A stretch of DNA of 64,000 nt from Thermodesulfobacteriota bacterium (GTDB lineage Bacteria; Desulfobacterota; Desulfobacteria; Desulfobacterales; UBA11574): positions 12,859-76,858 of the forward strand of contig JBHPCZ010000001.1 of the NCBI GenBank assembly GCA_042573625.1, written 5' to 3'. Positions 1-9,373 of the stretch are shown here, piece after piece; the first letter of the stretch is position 1, and every line of letters starts with the position of its first letter. A model generated the notes under the pieces. It did no database searches. It saw nothing but the letters and a program-made list of their open reading frames with translations, and was not told the origin of the DNA. A program made the position numbers and the translations under genes.

Positions 1-357
1 AAGCGGTTCGGATGGGACACGACGTTTCCGCTTTTTTCCGGCCCTTAGATTTGGCGCTTTGGCAGCCAAAGGGTGACATGAAGTTCTGCTCACGTTTTTC
101 AAATTCTTCTCGAATGTTCATTGGATTTTAAAATTGTAGAGTGCCCATCAATAACTGGTCTTTTTCCCCAATCTCACTGAACAATAATAATTATACTTGA
201 TTTAACAATTGTAAAGCCTAACCAATGGAAAATCGGTAAAAAGACTAAAAAAACTTTACCTGAGCGCAATCAATAAATATATATAGTTTAATAGATGCCA
301 GGCAGATGTATTCACAGGGCGACTGAATTGTAAAGAAGTATTTAACCCGCATTTCTC

Positions 358-936
358 ATGAAGAATTTCAATAAAATGAAAGAAAAACAGGGACACCACC
401 TCATACTCGGCGAACTTATCGATTTTATTACCGGTGAAACCCTTGAGGACACCCATGATGAACGGTACAGGCAAAAAATTGCCCGCCTTCTCGTGAAACA
501 CAAAGGTTATGATAAGACCGATATCAAACCCCGTTGTGATCTCATTGCAAGCGCGGGCGAGAAACAGGCCATCGTAAAAATCGATTTTAGTGTAAACCTG
601 TCCGGCAAGATCTGTATGATTATTAAGTACGGACCCGGATCACTCGTAACTCGACACCGTCCCGCACTGGCTGCATCGCGGCTTTTAGCCCCTTACCAGA
701 TCCCGGTTGTTGTGGTAACCAATGGAGAGGACGCGGACATCATCGAGGGGTCATCGGGCAAATTACTCTCCAAGGGGCTTGATTCCATTCCCTCTAAGCC
801 CCAACTTATTAATAGAATCGCAAACGAGCAATTTGGCCCAATAACAGGTAAACAGGCTGAGTGGGAATCGAGAATCTTTTATGCCTTTGAAGTCGACGGA
901 AGTTGCCCGTGTGATGATACCGTATGCAGATTATAA
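358..936 (+). CDS. conserved hypothetical protein, HsdR_N-like (type I restriction enzyme R N-terminal-like) fold suspected
   Basis: 192-aa ORF with an alternative in-frame ATG at 376. The strand-rich core (KIDFSVNL..ICMIIKYGPG..PVVVVTNGED) resembles small HSDR_N-type proteins. Recognised by eye only. Confidence 0.45.
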   Translation: MKNFNKMKEKQGHHLILGELIDFITGETLEDTHDERYRQKIARLLVKHKGYDKTDIKPRCDLIASAGEKQAIVKIDFSVNLSGKICMIIKYGPGSLVTRHRPALAASRLLAPYQIPVVVVTNGEDADIIEGSSGKLLSKGLDSIPSKPQLINRIANEQFGPITGKQAEWESRIFYAFEVDGSCPCDDTVCRL

Positions 937-951
937 CAGGAAAAAAACAAC

Positions 952-1452
952 ATGCATTATGAACATTTCATGAAAAAGGCTCTGGACAAGGCAAATGAGG
1001 CACTTTCCGAAGGCGAATTTCCGGTGGGGTGTGTCATCGTATATCAAGATCGGATTCTGGTATCCGGATCCAGAACCGGCACCACCGGTACCGCTGCAAA
1101 TGAAATCGACCATGCTGAAATGATTGCATTAAGACGCCTCGTTGAACTTAACGAAACAATGGATAAAAGTAAAATAACCCTTTTCACCACGATGGAACCC
1201 TGCCTGATGTGTCTCGGCGCCCTGGCCTTAAGCGGTATTGGGGAAGTCGTTTATGCATATGAAGATGTCATGGGTGGCGGCACCCGATGTGATTTGGCAA
1301 AACTGACGCCGCTGTATAAAAATTGCAAGTTTTCCATCGTGCCGAACGTCCTTCGGGATGAAAGCCTTAAGCTTTTCAAGGCGTTTTTTCAAAATCCGGA
1401 AAATGCGTACTGGCGGGGAAGCCTTTTGGCCAGTTATACACTCAGTCAGTAG
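952..1452 (+). CDS. CDA-fold nucleoside/tRNA deaminase family protein
   Basis: 166-aa ORF with the zinc-binding signatures HAEMIAL and PCLMCLGAL (HAE...PCxxC) typical of cytidine/tRNA-adenosine/guanine deaminases. Confidence 0.8.
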   Translation: MHYEHFMKKALDKANEALSEGEFPVGCVIVYQDRILVSGSRTGTTGTAANEIDHAEMIALRRLVELNETMDKSKITLFTTMEPCLMCLGALALSGIGEVVYAYEDVMGGGTRCDLAKLTPLYKNCKFSIVPNVLRDESLKLFKAFFQNPENAYWRGSLLASYTLSQ

Positions 1453-1754
1453 CCTTCACCTTACCCTATATCTGGATTAACGAGGGTTGTTTTTTTGCAT
1501 ATATAGTGGTATGAAGTCGATCACTCGCCAGAATCGTTATTTTCTGCTCGAATTCATTCTGTAGCACAATCCGCTACTTATTTTTTTCTTGCATTTCTTT
1601 ATGTTGATATATATATATTTACGGTTACGTAAGCGAAAGCTTGCCAGCTTTATATTATGGGTTATGAGAAATGACGGATTATCATCTTTTGACGATTCCG
1701 GTTCATCCCATTCATGAAACCAGGACCTTAACCACAAAACGAGGAGGTGAAAGC

Positions 1755-2285
1755 ATAGCTAAACCGAGACACCCAAACAGAACCGACAAAACAAATATCA
1801 ACAGGAATATTAGGGCAAGAGAAGTACGAGTTATAGACCCTGACGGCAATCAGGTCGGTGTTGTCCCTACCCACAAGGCACTTGCTGTTGCCAATGATTT
1901 TGGTCTTGACCTGGTGGAGATTTCTCCGACTGCAAATCCCCCTGTGTGCAAGATAATGGACTATGGTCGTTACAAATATGAAATGACCAAAAAGAAACAG
2001 GAAGCGAAGAAGAAACAGAGCACCTTCCAACTCAAGGAAATAAAAGTCCGTCCAAAAACCGGCGAACACGACCTGAACACCAAACTCAATCATATCAAAA
2101 AGTTTATCGAGAAAAAGGACAAGGTTAAGGTCACCGTCATTTTCAGAGGGCGTGAGATTACGCTCTCCAAACTCGGAGCTGATTTGCTTGCAAAAATTGT
2201 TGAAGAAACGGAAGATATTGCAGTAGTCGAGCAATACCCCAAATTTGAAGGTCGAACCATGGTTATGGTGCTGTCACCCAAATAG
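1755..2285 (+). CDS. infC: translation initiation factor IF-3
   Basis: Conserved IF-3 sequence (INRNIRAREVRVIDPDGNQVGVV...VCKIMDYGRYKYE...). Start placed at the in-frame ATA 1755, 7 nt after GGAGG (1743-1747). The ORF-track ATG at 1671 has no SD and adds 28 non-conserved residues. Confidence 0.9.
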   Translation: MAKPRHPNRTDKTNINRNIRAREVRVIDPDGNQVGVVPTHKALAVANDFGLDLVEISPTANPPVCKIMDYGRYKYEMTKKKQEAKKKQSTFQLKEIKVRPKTGEHDLNTKLNHIKKFIEKKDKVKVTVIFRGREITLSKLGADLLAKIVEETEDIAVVEQYPKFEGRTMVMVLSPK

Positions 2286-2379
2286 CATGTTCGCCTTTAC
2301 AACACTTTCATGATAGCGAAAAAGCCCTTTTAAGCTAGGGGTATGCCCTGTTTACTATGGGTTGAATTTTTTCCTGAAT

Positions 2380-2424
2380 ATGGCGTGGGCTGGCATTTGT
2401 AGTATGCCCACGCCATCTATTTTT
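2380..2424 (+). terminator. strong hairpin plus T-tract between infC and rpmI (terminator or L20-type attenuator)
   Basis: ATGGCGTGGGC (2380-2390) pairs perfectly with GCCCACGCCAT (2406-2416). It is followed by CTATTTTT. Confidence 0.55.
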
Positions 2425-2496
2425 AATATATGAACAAATAAACTTTATCAGCATAACGAAGTTGGCTGAGAAAGCTTTATAAAAGGAGAAAAAAAG

Positions 2497-2694
2497 ATGC
2501 CAAAAATAAAAACAAATCGAGCTGCGGCAAAGCGTTTCAGAAAAACAGGCACAGGCAAATACGTCTATTCAAAATCGAATGCCGGCCATATTATGACCAA
2601 AAAAACCACCAAGCGTAAGCGAAACCTAAGAAAAAGCACAACTATTGACAAAACCGACATAAAAAAGGTAAGGCTGCTCCTCCCCAATGGGTAG
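2497..2694 (+). CDS. rpmI: 50S ribosomal protein L35
   Basis: 65-aa basic ORF starting MPKIKTNRAAAKRF, with SD AAGGAG upstream. Canonical infC-rpmI-rplT order. Confidence 0.95.
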   Translation: MPKIKTNRAAAKRFRKTGTGKYVYSKSNAGHIMTKKTTKRKRNLRKSTTIDKTDIKKVRLLLPNG

Positions 2695-2718
2695 AGGATC
2701 TAAATATGGAGAAAACTA

Positions 2719-3069
2719 ATGCGAATCAAAAGAGGTTTTAAAGCAAGAAAACGACGAAAAAAAGTTTTGAAATTGGCCAAAGGGTATCGCGGAGGCCGAA
2801 GCAAACTATTCCGTACAGCGACTGACGCTGTAGACAAGGCGCTCATGTATGCTTATCGGGATCGCAGAACGCGAAAACGGGATTTCCGGAGGCTTTGGAT
2901 TTCACGGATTAACGCGGCAGCGCGAATGAACGATTTGTCTTACAGTAAATTCATACACGGCTTAAAACTATCCGGCATTGAGCTTGACAGAAAAGTTCTG
3001 GCAGATCTGGCGATATCTGACCCCCCGGGGTTTGCTCAAATAGCCGCCCTGGCCTCAAAGCAGCTTTGA
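2719..3069 (+). CDS. rplT: 50S ribosomal protein L20
   Basis: 116-aa [28 protein letters not shown]..., a typical L20 N-terminus. Confidence 0.95.
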   Translation: MRIKRGFKARKRRKKVLKLAKGYRGGRSKLFRTATDAVDKALMYAYRDRRTRKRDFRRLWISRINAAARMNDLSYSKFIHGLKLSGIELDRKVLADLAISDPPGFAQIAALASKQL

Positions 3070-3085
3070 TAATAGAGCATACAGA

Positions 3086-4093
3086 GTGGATACGAATATA
3101 GAACAGGTTAAGGAAGATGCATTAAAGGAACTTGAAACCGCATCTGACAAAAAACAAATCGATGATCTTTCTGTTCGATATTTGGGAAGAAAGGGCAAAG
3201 TTACTCAGCTGTTGAGGAGTGTTTCGAAACTTCCCGAAGAAAAACGACCCGAAGCGGGGAGAAAGGCAAATGAGATAAAGCGAACACTGGAAGGCGTATT
3301 CAAAGATGCCCGAAGAAAAATCGAAACTCGCCCCACAGAAAAAGATGACGGAATTGATGTTTCACTGCCCGGCAGAGCGCTTCGGCAGGGCTCCTTGCAT
3401 CCGATCACACAAATTACAAACCAGATATGCGACATATTATCAAAACTCGGGTTTGATATCTATGAGGGACCTGAAGTTGAAACAGACTACTACAATTTTG
3501 AAGCCCTGAATATTCCGAAAAATCATCCGGCCAGAGATATGCAGGATACGTTCTATATTTCAGAAGATGTCGTCCTGAGAACCCATACATCTCCGATTCA
3601 GGTCAGGATAATGGAAAAGCTTTCTCCGCCGGTTCGAGTGATAGCACCCGGCAAGGTCTATCGCTGCGATTCCGACCTGACGCACACCCCCATGTTTCAC
3701 CAGGTTGAAGGGCTCCTGGTGGATGAAAATATATCTTTTGGAGATTTGAAGGGAACGCTGACCACTTTTGTCCACCAGATGTTTGACGACCGGACCAGCC
3801 TCAGATTTCGCCCCAGTTTTTTCCCTTTTACCGAACCAAGTGCCGAGGTCGATATTCTTTGTGTCATTTGTCGGGGCAAAGGGTGCCGGGTTTGTTCACA
3901 GACAGGGTGGCTCGAAGTCCTTGGCTCCGGTATGGTTCATCCTGCGGTGTTTGAAAACGTCGGATACGACACAACCCGCTATACCGGTTTCGCTTTCGGG
4001 ATGGGCGTTGAGCGGATTGCCATGCTGAAATATGGAATTGATGATATTCGGAAATTCTTTGAAAATGATTTAAGATTTTTAAGGCAATTTTAA
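3086..4093 (+). CDS. pheS: phenylalanine--tRNA ligase alpha subunit
   Basis: 335-aa ORF (GTG start) with class II aaRS motifs (HPARDMQDTFY, RTHTSPIQ, FRPSFFPFTEPSAEVD, GFAFGMGVERIAM). Confidence 0.95.
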   Translation: MDTNIEQVKEDALKELETASDKKQIDDLSVRYLGRKGKVTQLLRSVSKLPEEKRPEAGRKANEIKRTLEGVFKDARRKIETRPTEKDDGIDVSLPGRALRQGSLHPITQITNQICDILSKLGFDIYEGPEVETDYYNFEALNIPKNHPARDMQDTFYISEDVVLRTHTSPIQVRIMEKLSPPVRVIAPGKVYRCDSDLTHTPMFHQVEGLLVDENISFGDLKGTLTTFVHQMFDDRTSLRFRPSFFPFTEPSAEVDILCVICRGKGCRVCSQTGWLEVLGSGMVHPAVFENVGYDTTRYTGFAFGMGVERIAMLKYGIDDIRKFFENDLRFLRQF

Positions 4094-4094
4094 A

Positions 4095-6515
4095 ATGAAG
4101 GTCAGTTTAAGCTGGTTAAGCGAATATGTTGATATTGAAATAAAAGCAAACGACCTGGCAGACGCCCTTACTATGGCCGGTCTTGAAGTTGAAACTGTTT
4201 CAGACCGCTATGATTACCTTAATCGTGTTGTTGTCGGTCGAGTTGCCGAAATTCGCCCGCATCCCAAAAATGACGCGCTGAAGCTATGCCGGGTAGAAAC
4301 CGGTGGCAGCACGATCTCAGTCGTCTGCGGTGCGCCCAATACAAAAGAAGACATGCTTGCACCATGTGCCTTTCCCGGCACGGTGTTGCCAAACGGAACC
4401 GTCCTCGAAAAAAGTCTGATTCGAGAAGAAGTGTCGGAAGGGATGCTTTGCAGCGAAATCGAATTGGGGTTGGGTACCGGAAGTGACGGTATCATGGAAC
4501 TCGGTCGGAATCTTTCAATCGGTGATCCGCTGAATCAAGCCCTTAATTTATCTGACACAGTATTCGAAATCGATTTGACGCCGAACAGACCGGATTGCCT
4601 CAGTGTTATTGGAATTGCTCGCGAAATAGCGGCAATTCAACAAACAAAGATTAAATACCCTGAGATTCACCTGCCGGAATCATCTGATGACATATCCGAA
4701 TATACCTCTGTTACAATAAACGACCCTGAATTATGCCCAAGATATGCCGCCAGTCTTATTTTTGACATCACTGTCGGGCCGTCTCCTTATTGGCTTCAGG
4801 ACCGTTTAATTTCAGTAGGTTTAAAACCGATCAACAATATTGTTGATATTACCAACTTTGTAATGATGGAAACCGGTCAGCCGCTCCACGCCTTTGACCT
4901 TGACCACCTTGCCGAGAACCGGATCATCGTACGCACAGCCGGTAAGGGAGAAGCTTTTATTACACTGGACGGGAAAGAACGCCGCCTTGACCCGGAAATG
5001 CTGATGATCTGCGATGGTAAAAAACCTGTCGCTATCGGGGGCGTTATGGGCGGGCTCAACTCGGAAGTTGAAAATTCTACGACAAAAATTCTTCTCGAGA
5101 GCGCATATTTCAACCCGGTCAGCATTAGAAAGACTTCAAAAAAATTAGGGTTAAATACAGACGCTTCGCACCGTTTTGAGCGCGGCGTCGATCCCGGCGG
5201 TACCCTTCGGGCATTACACCGGGCAACACAGCTCATTGCTGAAATCGGCAACGGCAAAATGGTTAAGGGCGTGATCGACGAATATCCGAACCCTGCCTCG
5301 GGAAAGACGATCATTCTTAGCGCCAAAGCCTTAAATCACCACCTGGGTACTCGCCTAAATTTGGCTGAAATCAATAACCATTTAAAATCGATTGAATTTG
5401 AAGTTAAAAAAATCGATGATGACAAACTCCAGGTTGTTCCTCCGTCATGCAGGGTCGATATCAGCAGGTTTGAAGACCTTTCAGAGGAAATTGCGCGTCT
5501 GTATGGCTATAACAATATCGAAACCACCTTTCCATCGATACCGGCTGAATCCAGACAGGCTTCAGAGAAGATTGTCTCAAGAGACCTTGCCAAACGATTG
5601 ATGATCGGATTGGGGTTTAACGAAGCAATCAATTACAGTTTTATCAGCAAATTGTCTGGTGATCGGCTTGAACTGGAACCGGATGATCCCAAAAGAAACA
5701 CTGTGGACATTTTAAATCCGTTGTCTGAAGACCAGTCTGTGTTGAGAACATCTTTGATACCCGGGCTGCTCGAAACAATGCATTACAATCTTTCGATGCA
5801 GAATAACAATGTCAAGCTGTTTGAGATCGGCAATGTCTTTTTTAACACCGGCCAGAAAGATGCTCAGCCTGATGAGGTTGAAATGTTTGCAGGACTCTGG
5901 ACAGGGCATAGGGTCGACGCTGCCTGGTTTTCCAAGGAGATCCATTGTGATTTTTATGACTTAAAAGGCGTTGTTGAAGAGCTTTTAAGAAATTTGGGCG
6001 GCATTACCGCCACATTTGCCCGAATACCGCCGGAATCCTGTTTTATCACAAGACCCGGATCCACGGCCCAGATTATTGTTGAAAACGAATGGGCGGGACT
6101 CATCGGAGAAGTACATCCAGCATTAATTCGGAATTACAATCTGAAACAGAAGACGTTTATTTTTGAACTCAATTTCGATCAGTTGATCGCCCATATTCAA
6201 GACCCTAAATCCACACAACCTCTCCCGAAATTTCCACCGACATCAAGGGATGTCACACTGATTGTCGATACGGACATTGAAGCGTATAATATTCTGAAAA
6301 GCGTTGAAAATCTCAATGAAGAACTGATTGAAGATATTCATCTCTTTGCTGTTTTTCAGGGTGACCCGGTTCCTGTGGGGAAAAAAAGTATTTCATTCAG
6401 AATAACCTACAGGTCTTCGACTGAAACTCTGGAAGATAACACAGTCAATCACCTTCACATGCAAATCGCTGACAAGGTTGTGAAAAAATTTAATGCAACA
6501 CTACCGAGTCTATAA
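4095..6515 (+). CDS. pheT: phenylalanine--tRNA ligase beta subunit
   Basis: 806-aa ORF starting 1 nt after the pheS stop. Carries the MKVSLSWL N-terminus, a tRNA-binding domain and B3/4, B5 and FDX-ACB-like regions. Confidence 0.95.
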   Translation: MKVSLSWLSEYVDIEIKANDLADALTMAGLEVETVSDRYDYLNRVVVGRVAEIRPHPKNDALKLCRVETGGSTISVVCGAPNTKEDMLAPCAFPGTVLPNGTVLEKSLIREEVSEGMLCSEIELGLGTGSDGIMELGRNLSIGDPLNQALNLSDTVFEIDLTPNRPDCLSVIGIAREIAAIQQTKIKYPEIHLPESSDDISEYTSVTINDPELCPRYAASLIFDITVGPSPYWLQDRLISVGLKPINNIVDITNFVMMETGQPLHAFDLDHLAENRIIVRTAGKGEAFITLDGKERRLDPEMLMICDGKKPVAIGGVMGGLNSEVENSTTKILLESAYFNPVSIRKTSKKLGLNTDASHRFERGVDPGGTLRALHRATQLIAEIGNGKMVKGVIDEYPNPASGKTIILSAKALNHHLGTRLNLAEINNHLKSIEFEVKKIDDDKLQVVPPSCRVDISRFEDLSEEIARLYGYNNIETTFPSIPAESRQASEKIVSRDLAKRLMIGLGFNEAINYSFISKLSGDRLELEPDDPKRNTVDILNPLSEDQSVLRTSLIPGLLETMHYNLSMQNNNVKLFEIGNVFFNTGQKDAQPDEVEMFAGLWTGHRVDAAWFSKEIHCDFYDLKGVVEELLRNLGGITATFARIPPESCFITRPGSTAQIIVENEWAGLIGEVHPALIRNYNLKQKTFIFELNFDQLIAHIQDPKSTQPLPKFPPTSRDVTLIVDTDIEAYNILKSVENLNEELIEDIHLFAVFQGDPVPVGKKSISFRITYRSSTETLEDNTVNHLHMQIADKVVKKFNATLPSL

Positions 6516-6540
6516 CCTCTGTTAAGCTATCCTTGCTAAA

Positions 6541-6891
6541 ATGCATAGCAACACGTTTTATCAAAAAGATTTACCGGACAAACTGTACTTCAAAATTGGA
6601 GAGGTCAGTTCAATTGCAGAGCTTCCCTCATACGTCCTCAGGTTTTGGGAAACAGAGTTTAAACGGATCAAACCCAAGCGGACCTCCTCGGGCCAGAGAC
6701 TTTACAGAAAAAGAGACGTTGAACTGATCCTGAAGATTAAACATCTCCTTTATGAAAAAAAATATACGATCCAAGGTGCAAAACAACATTTAAAATCCAA
6801 AACCACTGAAATTAAAAAAGAATATCCAACCCGAACACTTGAAGAAATCCGTCTGGAATTGGAAAAGATTCGAGACCTTCTGGATCCGTAG
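6541..6891 (+). CDS. MerR family transcriptional regulator
   Basis: 116-aa ORF with an N-terminal MerR-type HTH (YFKIGEVSSIAELPSYVLRFWETEF...SSGQRLYRKRDVELIL). Confidence 0.8.
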   Translation: MHSNTFYQKDLPDKLYFKIGEVSSIAELPSYVLRFWETEFKRIKPKRTSSGQRLYRKRDVELILKIKHLLYEKKYTIQGAKQHLKSKTTEIKKEYPTRTLEEIRLELEKIRDLLDP

Positions 6892-6969
6892 ACACCCTTT
6901 TGAATGATAATTTTAATTGTCGAAAATGATTGACAAGTTCGATTTAGTGTCATAATTATTATCAGGAGA

Positions 6970-7045
6970 GCGGGCATAGCTCAGTTGGTAGAGTACAAGC
7001 TTCCCAAGCTTGGTGTCGCGAGTTCGAATCTCGTTGCCCGCTCCA
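6970..7045 (+). tRNA. tRNA-Gly (anticodon CCC)
   Basis: A 76-nt cloverleaf folded by hand: acceptor GCGGGCA/TGCCCGC, D arm GCTC-AGTTGGTA-GAGT, anticodon stem CAAGC/GCTTG with loop TTCCCAA, T arm GCGAG-TTCGAAT-CTCGT, and an encoded CCA end. Confidence 0.9.
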
Positions 7046-7195
7046 CGATAAATTCGCCTTTTTCGTCTAAAGGTTACTTTCGAGTGGGGATTTTATCTAT
7101 GTGTGTGTGGTTTGGAGTTAATTTTTTCTTAAGGGTTGTGAACATGATCAGATAAAGTTTCTCACTACACATAAAGAGATTTCTATTTGGAGAAA

Positions 7196-7216
7196 ACGGG
7201 CGAACGCCCGTTTTTT
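7196..7216 (+). terminator. rho-independent terminator about 150 nt downstream of tRNA-Gly
   Basis: ACGGGCG-AA-CGCCCGT hairpin followed by TTTTTATTTTT. Confidence 0.55.
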
Positions 7217-7246
7217 ATTTTTAAAAGTTAGCATAAACGCAGACGT

Positions 7247-7798
7247 TTGAAATCGAAAAGGAAAAAAATAAAAGCAAAAGGGCCGGAGAGCAGAACGAAG
7301 AAATACGCTTCGGAAAGTAAGGAAGTAATTATCGCCCGGGTAATGGAATTCATTGAACCGTTATGTGAAGCCGAAGGAATGGAACTGGTTCATGTAGAGT
7401 ACCAACGAGAGCGTGGTGGCAAGATACTTCGCCTGTATATCGACAAACCCGGAGGAATTACACTGGATGATTGTGTAGATATCAACCGCCAAGCTGGAGA
7501 TGTTCTTGACGTAAATCTTGAAAATACCGGCCCATACAGCCTTGAAGTTTCATCCCCCGGGTCTGATCGACCTCTGGGCAAACAAGTTGACTTCGAAAGA
7601 TTCAAAGGGAAAATTGCCAAGGTCAAGACCACTCAAGCGATTGAGGGGAAAAAAAACTTCACGGGTGTTCTCCAGGGGATCTCGGGAGGAATGGTCAAAC
7701 TCCTGGTCGATGACAAGACAGTGGACATCCCTTTACGGGAAATCAGCAAGGCCCATCTTGTCAACTATCGGCCTGAACCCGACCCCGTTAAAATATAA
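7247..7798 (+). CDS. rimP: ribosome maturation factor RimP
   Basis: Sits upstream of nusA-infB as usual. Conserved core FIEPLCEAEGMELVHVEY...LEVSSPGSDRPL. TTG start at 7247 is uncertain. The ATG at 7343 would truncate the conserved N-terminal helix. Confidence 0.85.
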   Translation: MKSKRKKIKAKGPESRTKKYASESKEVIIARVMEFIEPLCEAEGMELVHVEYQRERGGKILRLYIDKPGGITLDDCVDINRQAGDVLDVNLENTGPYSLEVSSPGSDRPLGKQVDFERFKGKIAKVKTTQAIEGKKNFTGVLQGISGGMVKLLVDDKTVDIPLREISKAHLVNYRPEPDPVKI

Positions 7799-7865
7799 CG
7801 GCGGGCATAAAACGTTATATATATAAAGGATCTTATAAGAACCATCATTTGAATGGAGAGTACGG

Positions 7866-9302
7866 ATGTTTATAACAGATATAAAGCGTGTCGTTGAGCA
7901 AGTGAGCCGTGATAAGGGTATTGACGCCGAAACATTAATCAAAGCACTTGAAGAGGCTCTCAAATCGGCCGCAAGGAAAAAGTTTGGCTCCAAAATCGAT
8001 ATCGAAGTTAAGTATAATGAAAAAACTGGAGAAATCGAGGTCTTTCAGTTCAAGGAAGTTGTCGAAAAAATTACCGAACCTGATGTACAAATAGATCTCG
8101 AACAAGGATATAAGCTGGATCCGGAATGCGAGATCGGTGACAGCCTCGGCACAAAAATGGACACGGCAACTTTTGGCAGGATCGCTGCGCAATCGGCCAA
8201 GCAGGTCATTATCCAGAAGATGAAGGACGCAGAAAGAGATGCGGTTTATTCCAGTTTTATTAACCGAAAAGGTGAAATAATCAACGGGATTGTCCAGCGT
8301 GTAGACCGCGGCGATATTATTGTTAATCTGGGACAAACGGAAGGCCTCGTTCCCAATCGAGAGCAGGTTCCAAGAGAAACCTATCGGCGTGGAGATCGTA
8401 TAAGGGCTTATATTATGGATGTACTGTATGACACGCGTGGCCCTCAGATTATACTATCAAGAACGCACCCGAACTTCCTGATCAACCTTTTTAAAACAGA
8501 AGTTCCCGAAATCAGTGAAGGCATCGTTAATATCATGGGCGCGGTTCGTGAACCAGGACTCCGGGCGAAAATCGCCGTTGCCTCAAATGACCCTGATATA
8601 GACCCTGTTGGCGCCTGTGTCGGAATGAAGGGAAGCCGTGTACAGACTGTTGTTCAGGAACTCAAAGGTGAAAAGATAGATATCATCTCCTGGCACATTG
8701 ATGCTGCAAAATTTGTATGCAACGCGTTGGCGCCTGCAGAAATATCCAGAGTTATCATTGATGAGGAAGACAATTCGATGGAAGTTATTGTACCCGACGA
8801 ATTCCTTTCAATAGCCATCGGGAAACGGGGACAGAATGTACGGCTTGCCTCGAAACTGACCAACTGGCATCTTGATGTCACCAGCGAAGCCCGCTACAGC
8901 GAAGCAATGAAAGACGGCTACAACTCATTGGTAACATTGCCCGGAGTCGGGATTAGCATGGCGGATGCATTGTTTGAGAAAGGCTTCTTCTCCGCCGATG
9001 AGATTAACAAAGCCTCCATAGAGGATCTGATTCAGATCAGGGGAATTGGCGAAGGAAAAGCCACGAGGCTGATTGAAGCTGCCAGCAAAAGCCTTGAAGA
9101 GGCCGATGAAATCGATGAAACGACAAAAGAAGGTGCATCTGACGACTCAGATGCCGGTGATGACCATTCTGTTTCTGATGAATTATCCACTCCTGATATT
9201 CAAGAAGCGGAGGAAAAAGATACGGAGCATGATGAAGATAAAACCGAAGAGGCCTCATCACCGGATCCTTTACCACTGGATGACGGAGAAATATTAGAAT
9301 AG
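7866..9302 (+). CDS. nusA: transcription termination/antitermination factor NusA
   Basis: 478-aa ORF with S1 and KH regions (GIVQRVDRGDIIVNLG, DPVGACVGMKGSRVQ) and an acidic C-terminal tail. Confidence 0.95.
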   Translation: MFITDIKRVVEQVSRDKGIDAETLIKALEEALKSAARKKFGSKIDIEVKYNEKTGEIEVFQFKEVVEKITEPDVQIDLEQGYKLDPECEIGDSLGTKMDTATFGRIAAQSAKQVIIQKMKDAERDAVYSSFINRKGEIINGIVQRVDRGDIIVNLGQTEGLVPNREQVPRETYRRGDRIRAYIMDVLYDTRGPQIILSRTHPNFLINLFKTEVPEISEGIVNIMGAVREPGLRAKIAVASNDPDIDPVGACVGMKGSRVQTVVQELKGEKIDIISWHIDAAKFVCNALAPAEISRVIIDEEDNSMEVIVPDEFLSIAIGKRGQNVRLASKLTNWHLDVTSEARYSEAMKDGYNSLVTLPGVGISMADALFEKGFFSADEINKASIEDLIQIRGIGEGKATRLIEAASKSLEEADEIDETTKEGASDDSDAGDDHSVSDELSTPDIQEAEEKDTEHDEDKTEEASSPDPLPLDDGEILE

Positions 9303-9373
9303 ATAGCGTTATCTTGCACATAGGGTTTCGGAAAACCGATAGTCCGATCAAAACAAGAAATTAAGGGGGATGG

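Noticed and set aside
1-46. Possible terminator at the window start (AAGCGG...CCGCTTTTTT)
   Set aside because: It has only a 6-bp stem with a 21-nt loop, and the upstream gene is outside the window. Not strong enough to call.
1728-2234. 168-aa minus-strand ORF antisense to infC. Similar long antisense ORFs occur at 9361-9861, 15678-16157, 17261-17860, 21787-22491, 43035-43859, 49908-50390, 58052-58879 and 63461-63985.
   Set aside because: Each lies entirely inside a well-supported conserved gene on the other strand, has low-complexity or Arg/Ser/Gly-skewed composition and no SD. They are typical shadow ORFs.
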